A stretch of DNA of 64,000 bases, taken from the NCBI GenBank assembly GCA_044226625.1, contig JBGAGQ010000016.1:1-64000 (forward strand), read 5' to 3'. Source of the stretch: Thermoanaerobaculia bacterium (GTDB lineage Bacteria; Acidobacteriota; Thermoanaerobaculia; Multivoradales; UBA5704). The notes below the pieces were generated by a model. It saw nothing but the letters and a program-made list of their open reading frames with translations, had not been told where the DNA came from and did no database searches. Both the position numbers and the translations under genes were made by a program. Within the stretch, counting starts at the first letter, position 1, and each line of letters opens with the position of its first letter. This document shows, piece by piece, positions 1 to 9,111 of the stretch.

Positions 1-1020
1 GCGAAGCTCGGCGCCGTCTACGACAACCTCGCTCCGATCGGGCGACTGATCCCCGCCGGCTCCTGCGCCGGGGTCGGTGTTGCGGGCTTGACGCTCGGCG
101 GCGGGTACGGCTTTTGGAGCCGCCGCTATGGTCTCACCTGCGACAGCCTCAAGCGGGTACGCCTGATCGACGGCAACGGCGTGTTGCGCGACACGAAAGA
201 CGATCCCGAGCTGCTCTGGGCGCTCAAAGGAGGCGGGAACGGCGGCCTGGGCGTCGCCACCTCGTTCGAGCTCGAGACCCATCCGGCACCGAAGCATTTC
301 GTCTCGTATCGGTTCCGCTACCGCAACCTCACACCCGAGGCCGCGACCCGGCTCGCGGAGCGTTGGTTCGGTCTGATGCACGACCTGCCCCTGACCGCCT
401 ATTCCTCGTGGGTGCTCAACGGGCGGCACCTCACGGTCCTCCTCACCGACACGAATCTCGAGCCACCCGCGGCTCTCATGCCGATCCTCGCCGGCCTCAG
501 GGCCGGTGCGACCGAGACCGCGCCTCCGAAGAAGGACCCGTTCCTCACCGGGATACGCCGCTACCGCGGCGGGACCGAGCCGATCTTCTTCAAGAACGTC
601 TCGGCCGGCTATTACCGTGGGTTCTCCGACCTCGCCGGCGTCCTCCCCGTGGTCTGCGAGAGGATCCGCGCCTCCAAGGTGACGACGCTGCTCCAGATCA
701 ACACGCTGGGAGGCACGATCGCCGATTCGGCGCTCGAGCCCACGGCCTCGTATCCCCATCGCAAGCTGCCGTTCCTGGGCGAGCTGGAAACCTATTTCGA
801 CCGGCCCCAGCAGGCCGAGACCGCGGTGGCGACCGTCCGCGAGATCCAGGGCCTCCTACGCAAAGCCGGCATCCGGGCTCATTACGCGAACTACCCGGAC
901 GCCGATCTCCCCGAGTGGCAGACCGCCTACTACGGCGCGAGCTACCCTCGCCTCCAGGCCCTCAAGCGGAAGCTCGATCCGGACGACCGCTTCCGTCACC
1001 CGCAGAGCGTCCGGCGCTGA
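1..1020 (+). CDS. FAD-linked oxidoreductase, berberine bridge enzyme-like (5'-truncated by window)
   Basis: Frame is open from base 1 (AKLGAVYDNL...AGSCAGVGVAGLTLGGGYG). C-terminal BBE motif YANYPD...YYGASYPRLQALKRKLDPDDRF. Confidence 0.9.
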   Translation, partial: AKLGAVYDNLAPIGRLIPAGSCAGVGVAGLTLGGGYGFWSRRYGLTCDSLKRVRLIDGNGVLRDTKDDPELLWALKGGGNGGLGVATSFELETHPAPKHFVSYRFRYRNLTPEAATRLAERWFGLMHDLPLTAYSSWVLNGRHLTVLLTDTNLEPPAALMPILAGLRAGATETAPPKKDPFLTGIRRYRGGTEPIFFKNVSAGYYRGFSDLAGVLPVVCERIRASKVTTLLQINTLGGTIADSALEPTASYPHRKLPFLGELETYFDRPQQAETAVATVREIQGLLRKAGIRAHYANYPDADLPEWQTAYYGASYPRLQALKRKLDPDDRFRHPQSVRR

Positions 1021-1053
1021 ATCCCGGACGACGGCCGGGCGGAGGGAATCCGC

Positions 1054-2709
1054 TCAAGCCGCGAGCCGTACCTTCTCGGCCGTCACGACGAGCGAGCCGA
1101 CTCGCGCCTGGCCCTGAAACGGGACCACGGCGAGCGTGAACCACTTGCCCCGCGCCGCGACCGCGCCCGGCCCGAGCGGCAGGCGGTCTCCGGGCCACCC
1201 CGAGAGGACGTAGATCAACCGGCGGGTGCGCGCCGGCACCCAGAGCTGGGAGAGCTCCTCGTGGAATGGCTCGTGGCCTCGGGCGACGAAGGCGAGATCC
1301 TCTTCGGGGACGGCATGGACCACCAGGTATTCCGGTAGGTACCACTGGAGGTGGCGTTGCCACGGATAGAGGAATCCGTCGGCCCCCGCCTCTCCGGTGC
1401 CGGACAGCTCGACGGTGACCAGCACGGTCGAGCCCGGCGGATACCGCCGGAGCGTATCGAGCGCTCCGTCGAGCTCCGTCTCGTATTCGCGGATCGCCGC
1501 GGCCCGAAACTCGTGCTTCGCGACCGCGAGCCACCGCGGATCGTCCGCGGCGCGATCGGCGCCGAACAGGAAGATCCCACCGCCCACCGCGACGGCCACG
1601 GAGATCCCCACGATCGCGCGCCATCGGACGCGCGGGACACGAGCTTCCGGAGCGCCGAAGCTCGCGTCGTCGAGAAGCGGCGAGGCGGCGAGCGCGAGAC
1701 CGACCAGAAACGCCGGTAGGTAGACCAGCGTGTAGCCCGCCTTGGTGACGTGGAAGAGGGCGAAGAAGGCGAGCGGCGGCAGCGCCCAGAACGCGAGGAG
1801 ACCGGACGCCCGACGGAGCGCGCCGGGGACCGCTCGGAGGCGGCGCGGCGAAAGGCCGGCGAGGACGATCCACGCGATCCCCCCCGGCAGGACGCCCTGG
1901 AGCGTCCACTTCGCGAGGACGGTGAGGTTGTGCGCGAGCGCCCCCCAGCCCGCGCCGTAGAGGACCGACGTCTGCGGCAGGAGGGTGCGGAAATGCTCGG
2001 CGCCGATCCGGCGGTACTCGGCGTACCCTCCCGCCTGCCAGCACATGGGCACGAACCAGGCGAGTACGAGCAGCAGGCCGAGGCCCGCCCCCAGGGCGAT
2101 CCGGCCGAGAGGCAGCTTCCCCGACCGCCAGGCGCGCCAGACGCCATAAAGGAAAAGGGGGCCGAGCAGGACCATCGTCGACTGGCGCAGTCCGCCGAAC
2201 AGGGCGAACAGCGCGACCGCGCCATAGAACGCCGCCCGCCCTTCGCCCATGCGCAGGATCGCGAGGGCGATCGCGACCGAGAGCCCCCCTTCGACCGCAT
2301 AGAGGAGTGGCAGCTCGCCGTAGAACCAGAGCAGCGGATTCGCGATGAACAGCGCGGCGCCCAGGAGGCCTACGCCAAGCCGACCGCCGGAAAGCCGGAC
2401 CAGCAGGAAGACCATCGCCGCCGCGCCCACTCCTGCCGAGAGCACCGCCAACGCCACCATCCCCTGCAGCGGCTCGACGCCCATTGCGCGGAGCAGCTTG
2501 AGGAGCGCGATGTACAGCGGATATCCGGGAGGGTGCGGGTGATGCGCCGCCAAATCGTAGCGCTCGACCCCGAGGGCGAACTGGATCGAGTCGTGATCCC
2601 AGAGCCGCCGCGCGACGAACGGCAGGCGCGCGGCGATCGCCACCGCCGCCGACCCGAGGGCGGCGAGGCGGAGACGCCAGACGGGATCGACGGCGAGGGC
2701 GCGCGGCAC
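1054..2709 (-). CDS. Polytopic membrane glycosyltransferase, GT-C/ArnT/DUF2723-like
   Basis: WDHDSIQFAL and HPHPPGYPLY motifs in the first loop, followed by many hydrophobic helices. Confidence 0.7.
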   Translation of the reverse strand: MPRALAVDPVWRLRLAALGSAAVAIAARLPFVARRLWDHDSIQFALGVERYDLAAHHPHPPGYPLYIALLKLLRAMGVEPLQGMVALAVLSAGVGAAAMVFLLVRLSGGRLGVGLLGAALFIANPLLWFYGELPLLYAVEGGLSVAIALAILRMGEGRAAFYGAVALFALFGGLRQSTMVLLGPLFLYGVWRAWRSGKLPLGRIALGAGLGLLLVLAWFVPMCWQAGGYAEYRRIGAEHFRTLLPQTSVLYGAGWGALAHNLTVLAKWTLQGVLPGGIAWIVLAGLSPRRLRAVPGALRRASGLLAFWALPPLAFFALFHVTKAGYTLVYLPAFLVGLALAASPLLDDASFGAPEARVPRVRWRAIVGISVAVAVGGGIFLFGADRAADDPRWLAVAKHEFRAAAIREYETELDGALDTLRRYPPGSTVLVTVELSGTGEAGADGFLYPWQRHLQWYLPEYLVVHAVPEEDLAFVARGHEPFHEELSQLWVPARTRRLIYVLSGWPGDRLPLGPGAVAARGKWFTLAVVPFQGQARVGSLVVTAEKVRLAA

Positions 2710-2719
2710 GGCGGACCGG

Positions 2720-3940
2720 TCAGGCCGCGAACAGGAGACGAAGCAGCTCGCCCCCGACCTCCGGGGGAAGCCCGCCGCCGACGTGGACCCGGCCCAGCAG
2801 ATAGGCGGGCGGCTGGTGACCGTTCATCACCGCCTCGAGATCGCTCGAGGCGATCCGCACCTCGATCCCCTCGCCGGAACCGGCCTCGATCGTCGGCGGC
2901 CGTTCGCCGAGGTCGACCGTCCAGGTTCCGCCGTTGTCGCCCCCGATCGCGAAGACCCAGGCGCGCGAGAGAGCCTCCGGCACGTCGCTGATCCCTTCGA
3001 GGGTGAGCGGCAGCACCTCGTCGAACAGCGTCGCCGGGGTGAAGCGCTCTTGGGCCGGCTTCTCGAAACCGGTCGAGAAACCGTCTTCACGGAACTCGAT
3101 CCGCGGATAGCCGAGCTGCTCCAGCCGGAGGTTCACCCGCTCGCGCACCGCGAGCGGCGTCGGCTGGATCGCCGACCAGGGGAGCTTCGAGCCGGCGCCA
3201 ATGCTCTCGTCGGAGATCTTCGTAGACATGTACGCGCGCCAGTCGCCGCCGTTCGGCCGCTGGCGGTGCTCGGTGACGAACACCTTGTCGATCAACGCCG
3301 GATCGAAGCCGACGCCGAGGAACGAGAAGAGCGCCGAGAGCGTCGTGCGGGGATCGCGGACGAGGTCCTCGTAGCGGAGGCGGTGGGCCCGCTCCCCCAT
3401 CTCGCGCTCGAACCGCAGCATGTCGGCGGTGCGCTCTTCCCAGGCGTCGATGAACCCGAGGGTGTGATTCGGGTAATGCCGACGGAGCGCCGCGTCGAGC
3501 ATCGGCATCGGCTGCGAATAGGCGGTGAACCGGATGCAGGACGAGACGAAATCGAAGCAGTGCCGGTGGAGCATCAGGAAGCGCGCGTCGGGGAACGCTC
3601 CGGCGAGCAGATCGGCGAAGTCGACGTTCGACGGGGTCTTGTCGCACCAGATCCGCTTGCCCTTGCGCGCGGCGAAGGCACCCATCATGCCGTCGACCAC
3701 TTGGCGGATGTCGGGCAGGATCGGGTCGTCGGCGCTCGGTTTGAGGCTCTGGAACGTGCGATCGGTCGTTTCGTGAAGGCCGGCGAAGGTCGTATAGAGG
3801 GCCGAGACCAGCCGGCCGAGAGAAAGCTCGTCCGGGCAGCTGATGTCGGGGTGGGTGTCGAGGATCAGACGCAGGAGCGTCGAGCCCGAACGGGGCAGCG
3901 AGATGACGAACAACGCGGGACGATTCAATCCATTCGACAT
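2720..3940 (-). CDS. Sulfotransferase with C-terminal SCP2-like domain
   Basis: PAPS-binding loop SLPRSGSTLL, WCDKTP and RYEDLVRDP motifs. The tail (FAIGGDNGGTWTVDL...IASSDLEAVMNG) resembles SCP2. Confidence 0.85.
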   Translation of the reverse strand: MSNGLNRPALFVISLPRSGSTLLRLILDTHPDISCPDELSLGRLVSALYTTFAGLHETTDRTFQSLKPSADDPILPDIRQVVDGMMGAFAARKGKRIWCDKTPSNVDFADLLAGAFPDARFLMLHRHCFDFVSSCIRFTAYSQPMPMLDAALRRHYPNHTLGFIDAWEERTADMLRFEREMGERAHRLRYEDLVRDPRTTLSALFSFLGVGFDPALIDKVFVTEHRQRPNGGDWRAYMSTKISDESIGAGSKLPWSAIQPTPLAVRERVNLRLEQLGYPRIEFREDGFSTGFEKPAQERFTPATLFDEVLPLTLEGISDVPEALSRAWVFAIGGDNGGTWTVDLGERPPTIEAGSGEGIEVRIASSDLEAVMNGHQPPAYLLGRVHVGGGLPPEVGGELLRLLFAA

Positions 3941-3985
3941 AGTTGATCCATAGGACGAAAAGCGTGGGGTTCTCTGGCGCGTACT

Positions 3986-4738
3986 CTACCGCGTCGCCGC
4001 CGCGCCGAGCGCCCGCCGGGCGAGCGGCAGCGCCGCCGAGGCCCATCGCGCGTACTGGCGCCCCGAGGGATGCAGGCCGTCGCCAACCAGCTCCCCTTCG
4101 TTACGCCCGGCCTGCCTCGTCTCCTCGGTCACGTCGAGAAACGAGGCGCCCGCCGCTTCCGTGAGCGCCTTCGCCGCCGCGTTGTAGGCGTCGATCTCGC
4201 GGGCGATCCGCCGCGGCTCGAAGCGCTCCTCCGCCGCGGCGAACGAGGTCACCCCCCAGTCGGGAATCGAAAGGACGATCACCCGCGCGGGATCCCCTCC
4301 CGCGAACGAGACCGCCGTCCCGAGCAGCCGCTCGAAATTCGGCCGGTACTCTTCGACCGATCGGCCGCGGTACTGGTCGTTGACGCCGATCAGCAAGGTG
4401 ACGAGATCGTACGGCCCGCGCGGTTTCGCTTCGGCGATGGCGGCGGCCAGCTCGTCGGTCGTCCAGCCGGTGCGGGCGACGATCTCCGGCTCCTCCGAGG
4501 CGATCGGCAGGCCGTCGGCGATCAGCCGGGCCGCGAGGAGGTGCGGCCAGCGATCGGCCGGAGCCACCCCTTCGCCGATCGTGTACGAGTCGCCCAGGGC
4601 GAGAAATCTCAAAGTCTTTCCTCCGTGTAGGACTCGCGGGTCGGCGCCGCCGGACGCTCCCCGCGCGCAGGCGGCGAACGAACCGCCCAGAGATGCGAGA
4701 ATCGCGAGCAGGGCGACGAAAAAAGCTCTACGCCTCAT
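3986..4738 (-). CDS. SGNH/GDSL hydrolase, secreted
   Basis: LALGDSYT, IGVND and DGLHPS blocks, with an N-terminal signal peptide. Confidence 0.9.
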   Translation of the reverse strand: MRRRAFFVALLAILASLGGSFAACARGASGGADPRVLHGGKTLRFLALGDSYTIGEGVAPADRWPHLLAARLIADGLPIASEEPEIVARTGWTTDELAAAIAEAKPRGPYDLVTLLIGVNDQYRGRSVEEYRPNFERLLGTAVSFAGGDPARVIVLSIPDWGVTSFAAAEERFEPRRIAREIDAYNAAAKALTEAAGASFLDVTEETRQAGRNEGELVGDGLHPSGRQYARWASAALPLARRALGAAATR

Positions 4739-4739
4739 C

Positions 4740-6461
4740 TCAAGATTTCTTGGTCGCCGCGGTCGAAGGCTCCGGCACCCGATCGCTCGCGAACTCGGCG
4801 CCCGCCCGGAAGCTCGGGGGGCGTCGCGCCTTCGTCCCCTGTTCGAAGGCGTAGGCGAAACGAATCAGCTTCGCCTCGCTCCAGGCCGGACCGGAGAACG
4901 AGATCCCCAACGGCAGCCCGAACACCTCGCCCGCCGGCACGGTGACGCTCGGCGTCCCCGCGACCGCGGCGATCGACGAGCTGCCGCCGGTGTAGGAATC
5001 TCCGTTCACCCAATCGATCGGCCAGGCGAAGCCGTTCGTCGGGGTGACGATCGCGTCCAGCCGGTCGGCGGCGAGCGTCGCTTCGAGCCCCCGGGTCCGC
5101 GCGCCGTCGACGCAGGTCTGCCGCGCCTTGCGGTAGGCCTCGTCGGAGAGCGGTCCCTTGGCCTCGGCGGCGCGGAAGATCTCCTGACCGAACCAGGGCA
5201 TCTCCTGCTCGCGGTTCGCGTCGTTCCAGACGGCGAGATCGGCCAGCGTTTTCAGGGTTCCCCCACGCTCGGCGAGATACTTCGCCATCCCGTCTTTGAA
5301 CTCGTAGAGCAGCACCTCGTACTCGGCGTCGTCGATCTCCTTGCTCCAGGCGAGGTCGACCGGATCGATCACCGTGGCGCCGAGCTTACGGATCGCCGCG
5401 ACCGCGGCGTCGAACACGGCGTCGGCGGCCGGGTTCCGGCCGAACCCTTGGACCCGCACGACGCCGATCCGCGCGCCTTCGAGCCCCTTCGGGTCGAGCC
5501 CGAGCGCGTAGTCGGCGATCCCCTCCGCGGCGGCCGTCGCCGGATCGCGCGGGTCTTTGCCGGCTAGCGCCGAGAGGAGGATCGCCGCGTCCGTGACCGT
5601 GCGGCACATCGGTCCCGCGGTGTCCTGGCTCGCGGAGATCGGGATCACCCCGGCGCGGCTCACCAGACCGACGGTCGGCTTGATCCCGACGAGCCCCTGG
5701 ACGGAGCACGGAGAGACGATCGAGCCGTCGGTCTCCGTCCCGACCCCCACGGCGGCGAAGCTCGCCGCGATCGCCGCGCCCGTTCCCGAGCTCGAGCCGG
5801 AGGGATTGCGGTCGAGCGCGTACGGATTGCGGGTCTGGCCTCCCCGTCCGCTCCAACCGGAGGTCGAGCGAGTGGAGCGGAAGTTCGCCCATTCCGAGAG
5901 GTTCGTCTTGCCGAGGATCACCGCCCCGGCGGCGCGCAGGCGTTCGACCAGAAAAGCGTCCTTCGACGGGCGCGATCCGAGCAGCGCAAGCGACCCGGCG
6001 GTCGTCTCCATTCGATCCGCCGTGTCGACGTTGTCCTTGATCAGGACCGGGATGCCGTGGAGCGGCCCGCGCGGTCCTTTCTCTTTCCGTTCCCGGTCGA
6101 GCGCCTCGGCGATCGCGAGCGCGTCGGGGTTGATCTCGAGGACGGAGTTGACCGCAGGACCCGAACGGTCGAGGCGCGCGATCCGATCGAGGTAGGCGTC
6201 GGCGAGCGAGCGGGCGGTGGCCTGGCCCTGCTCCATGCGCCGCTGCAGATCCGCGACCGTCGCCTCGGCGATTCCGTCCGGATCCGCGGGCCTCACCGCA
6301 TTCGCTCCGGCCGGCTCCGGTTTCACTGGACGCTCGTCGCTCGGCTCCGCGCCGAGCGGCTCCGAGAGGAGCGTCGAGGCCGCGATTCCGGCGGCCAATC
6401 CTCCGATCATCTGACGGCGCGACAGCGGGAGCCCTTCGGGCGTCGGATCCGGCTTGGGCAT
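4740..6461 (-). CDS. Amidase (amidase signature family), Tat-exported
   Basis: GPLHGIPVLIKDN, PSGSSSG and GTETDGSI motifs. SRRQMI twin-arginine-like leader after the ATG at 6461. Confidence 0.92.
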   Translation of the reverse strand: MPKPDPTPEGLPLSRRQMIGGLAAGIAASTLLSEPLGAEPSDERPVKPEPAGANAVRPADPDGIAEATVADLQRRMEQGQATARSLADAYLDRIARLDRSGPAVNSVLEINPDALAIAEALDRERKEKGPRGPLHGIPVLIKDNVDTADRMETTAGSLALLGSRPSKDAFLVERLRAAGAVILGKTNLSEWANFRSTRSTSGWSGRGGQTRNPYALDRNPSGSSSGTGAAIAASFAAVGVGTETDGSIVSPCSVQGLVGIKPTVGLVSRAGVIPISASQDTAGPMCRTVTDAAILLSALAGKDPRDPATAAAEGIADYALGLDPKGLEGARIGVVRVQGFGRNPAADAVFDAAVAAIRKLGATVIDPVDLAWSKEIDDAEYEVLLYEFKDGMAKYLAERGGTLKTLADLAVWNDANREQEMPWFGQEIFRAAEAKGPLSDEAYRKARQTCVDGARTRGLEATLAADRLDAIVTPTNGFAWPIDWVNGDSYTGGSSSIAAVAGTPSVTVPAGEVFGLPLGISFSGPAWSEAKLIRFAYAFEQGTKARRPPSFRAGAEFASDRVPEPSTAATKKS

Positions 6462-6597
6462 GGCGGCTCCTCGGAAAGGTGCGGATCGGATCGGTACAGA
6501 CGGAGAAAGGCCGAGGGAGACTCTAAACCGAGCGGGCGTCCGCCCGGAAGCCAAAGCGAGCCGAACGCGGTACCATCCGCGCCGGAGGCCGATCCCC

Positions 6598-7320
6598 TTG
6601 ATCGCGAACATCCGTCCGAACGTCCGCCCGGCCCGACCTTCGATCGGTTGCCTGCTCGGGCTGCTGCTCCTCGCTACCGCCGCCGGCGCGGTCGAGCGCC
6701 GTCCCGCGCGCTTCACCAGCGCCGACGGCACGGAGATCGCCGCCACCTATTTCGACAGCCGCGCGACCGGACCGGGCGCGCTGTTCCTCGAAGACTGCAC
6801 CGGTGACTCGAAAGAGCTGCTCAATCTCGCGGGCAAGATCACGTCCGTCGGACCGCGCGGGCTCCTCTGGGACTACCGGCCGGGAGCTGATCCGATCTCC
6901 TCTCCGGCGAAGGCCCTGGAGGACGTCGAAGCGGCCTGGCGGATGCTGATCGCGCAGGACCGCGTCGGCTCCGACCGGATCGGCATCGTCGCGATCGGTT
7001 GCGCCGCTCGGATCGCCCTCCCGTTCGCGGCCAAGACCGGCAAGGTACGGATGATGACCCTGATCTCGCCCGAGCTCGCCGGCGTCACCGACGCGCAGCT
7101 CGCCGCGGTCGCCGACATGCCGCTCCTGATCTTCGCCAACGACGGCGAAGCGGACGCCAAACGCCTGTTCGCCGCGAGCCGGAACGAGAAGAGCCAGCTG
7201 AAGCTCTACCGCCGTTCCGAAAAAGCAATGGCCCTCTACCAGGCCGACGGTACCCTCAAAGGGGGGATCGACGACTTCTTCGAATACGTCTACGGCGGCT
7301 GGGCAAATCCTCAATATTGA
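6598..7320 (+). CDS. Secreted alpha/beta-hydrolase-fold protein with non-canonical catalytic motifs (paralog 1)
   Basis: Signal peptide, then FTSADG..., WDYR and DVEAAWRML...DRIGIVAIGC. Start uncertain (TTG at 6598 chosen). Confidence 0.75.
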   Translation: MIANIRPNVRPARPSIGCLLGLLLLATAAGAVERRPARFTSADGTEIAATYFDSRATGPGALFLEDCTGDSKELLNLAGKITSVGPRGLLWDYRPGADPISSPAKALEDVEAAWRMLIAQDRVGSDRIGIVAIGCAARIALPFAAKTGKVRMMTLISPELAGVTDAQLAAVADMPLLIFANDGEADAKRLFAASRNEKSQLKLYRRSEKAMALYQADGTLKGGIDDFFEYVYGGWANPQY

Positions 7321-7420
7321 CGACCGCGGAGGCGCGCCCGTTTCTTGCACGCGCCGAGCTCCGTTGAGCCGTCGGCTTCCAGCGAACCCCCATCCTCCAC
7401 TTCCCTTCGGGAGAGACCTC

Positions 7421-8125
7421 TTGCGACTTTCAGCGCTCCGCAAATCCCTCGTGCCGTTCGCCTTGCTCCTCGTCGTCGCCCCGGAGGCCTACGCCGCCCT
7501 CCGCCGCCCGGTCCAGTTCAAGACCGGCGACGGCACGATGCTCTCCGGGACCTTCTACGACAGCCGCGCCGTCGGCCCCGGCACTCTCTTCCTGCTCGAC
7601 TGCGACGGAAATCCCCAGGAGCTGGTCAATTTGGCCGGCAAGATCACCGCGGCCGGTCCGCGCGTCCTGATCTGGGACTACCGCAAGGGAGCCAATCCCA
7701 ACACGAACTTCTCCCAGGCCGCGGAGGACGCGAACGCCGCCTGGAAGTACCTTTCGGTCCAGCCCCGCGTGGGCTCGGACGAGATCTCGATCCTCGCGAT
7801 CGGCTGCGGCGCGCGGCTCGCGATCCCGTTCGCCGCGAAGACCGGAAAGGTCAAACTGATGGTCCTCCTCTCCCCCGACCTCACCGGAGTCTCCGACCAG
7901 GACCTCGCCGCGGTGAGCAAGCTGCCGCTAGAGATCTACGGCAACGGCGACGAGGAAGGCGCCAAGCGCCTATTCGCCATGAACACGAACGAGCAGACCC
8001 AGACCAAGCTCTATCGGCGGAAGGAGAAAGGGATGGATCTCTATCGCGCCGATCGCACGGTCCGCGAAGGGATCGACGTCTACTTCCAGCTCGTCTACGG
8101 CGCCTGGTCGGCCGACGACTTCTGA
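7421..8125 (+). CDS. Secreted alpha/beta-hydrolase-fold protein with non-canonical catalytic motifs (paralog 2)
   Basis: Collinear with 6598..7320: YDSRAVGPG, LVNLAGKIT, WDYR, AIGCGARLAIPFAAKTGKV. Start is TTG 7364 or 7421. Confidence 0.75.
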   Translation: MRLSALRKSLVPFALLLVVAPEAYAALRRPVQFKTGDGTMLSGTFYDSRAVGPGTLFLLDCDGNPQELVNLAGKITAAGPRVLIWDYRKGANPNTNFSQAAEDANAAWKYLSVQPRVGSDEISILAIGCGARLAIPFAAKTGKVKLMVLLSPDLTGVSDQDLAAVSKLPLEIYGNGDEEGAKRLFAMNTNEQTQTKLYRRKEKGMDLYRADRTVREGIDVYFQLVYGAWSADDF

Positions 8126-9111
8126 TCGTTGGGGCGCCCGCTCGTCCGTTCCAGGAGCTTCGAGGCGAGCCGCCCGAAGTCGGCATAGCAGTCCTGAACA
8201 GCCTTGGCGTGGCTGCCGATCGCTCCGTCAGCCGGCTTGAGAAGGAACATCGGCTTTCGGGCCTCCTGCGCAAGAGGCATCAGGCTCCGATAGTGCTTGA
8301 GGCTCGCCAGGGCGTTAGGATCGTCCTCGACTTTCAGGCCGGCCGGAGGGGACGGCTCGTCGAGCACCGCGTCTCGGTAGACGGCGGGTATCCGAGCCAT
8401 CCACCTCGCGTAGGCTCGGACCGGTCGGTCCAAGCGGGCCGCGTGCTGCATTACGACGTATCCGACGGGCTCCATTCTTCCTGCGGGAAGGTCGAGCCCC
8501 TGGGGCCGCCTTGCGAGGCGATCGTTCCAACCGCAACGCCATTCCCGCAGCCGAGGCCCAAGGTTTTGCAGCCCTTTGATCGAGAAGAGGTCGGGGGCAA
8601 GGGGAATCGCGACGTAGTCCGCGGCGATCAAGGCGGCGCGGTTGATCGCGCCGAGATTCGGCCCGACGTCGATAAGGACGACGTCGGTTTCATGCTGCCG
8701 CGCGGCGCGCTCGAGGATCGTATGAAACGCCCCCACGACCCGAAAAGCCCTTGGTTGCCCGTCGAGGCAATGCGGCCACTGTTGACTCAGCTCATCTTCG
8801 AACCTTGAGAGGTCGAGATCGCCGGCGAGGAGCCCGATCGTTCCGATCTCCTCGACATGAGGCTCTCCGATCCCTCCCTCGCCTTGGAGCAGCGGCAGCA
8901 GGGGCGTGAGGAGCGTTTTCCCAGGAAGCCCCACGGGCCAGAGGCCTTCGAACGCTTCCTCGTTGAAAAACCTGGACGTCAGGTTCGCCTGCGGATCCAG
9001 GTCTGCCGCGAGCACTCGAAGCCCCTGCTCCGCATACATCCAGGCCAGGTGATAGACCAACGAGGTCTTTCCCACCCCACCCTTGTTGTTGAAGAACGCG
9101 ATCGTCTTCAC
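8095..9111 (-). CDS. ParA/Soj-family ATPase (orphan type)
   Basis: Deviant Walker A FNNKGGVGKT, DLDPQANLT and IDVGPNLG. Start overlaps the upstream stop (GTGA). Confidence 0.9.
   Translation of the reverse strand: MKTIAFFNNKGGVGKTSLVYHLAWMYAEQGLRVLAADLDPQANLTSRFFNEEAFEGLWPVGLPGKTLLTPLLPLLQGEGGIGEPHVEEIGTIGLLAGDLDLSRFEDELSQQWPHCLDGQPRAFRVVGAFHTILERAARQHETDVVLIDVGPNLGAINRAALIAADYVAIPLAPDLFSIKGLQNLGPRLREWRCGWNDRLARRPQGLDLPAGRMEPVGYVVMQHAARLDRPVRAYARWMARIPAVYRDAVLDEPSPPAGLKVEDDPNALASLKHYRSLMPLAQEARKPMFLLKPADGAIGSHAKAVQDCYADFGRLASKLLERTSGRPNDQKSSADQAP

Noticed and set aside
8095-9111. Chromosome or plasmid partition locus
   Set aside because: No parB, parS consensus or rep gene is in the window.
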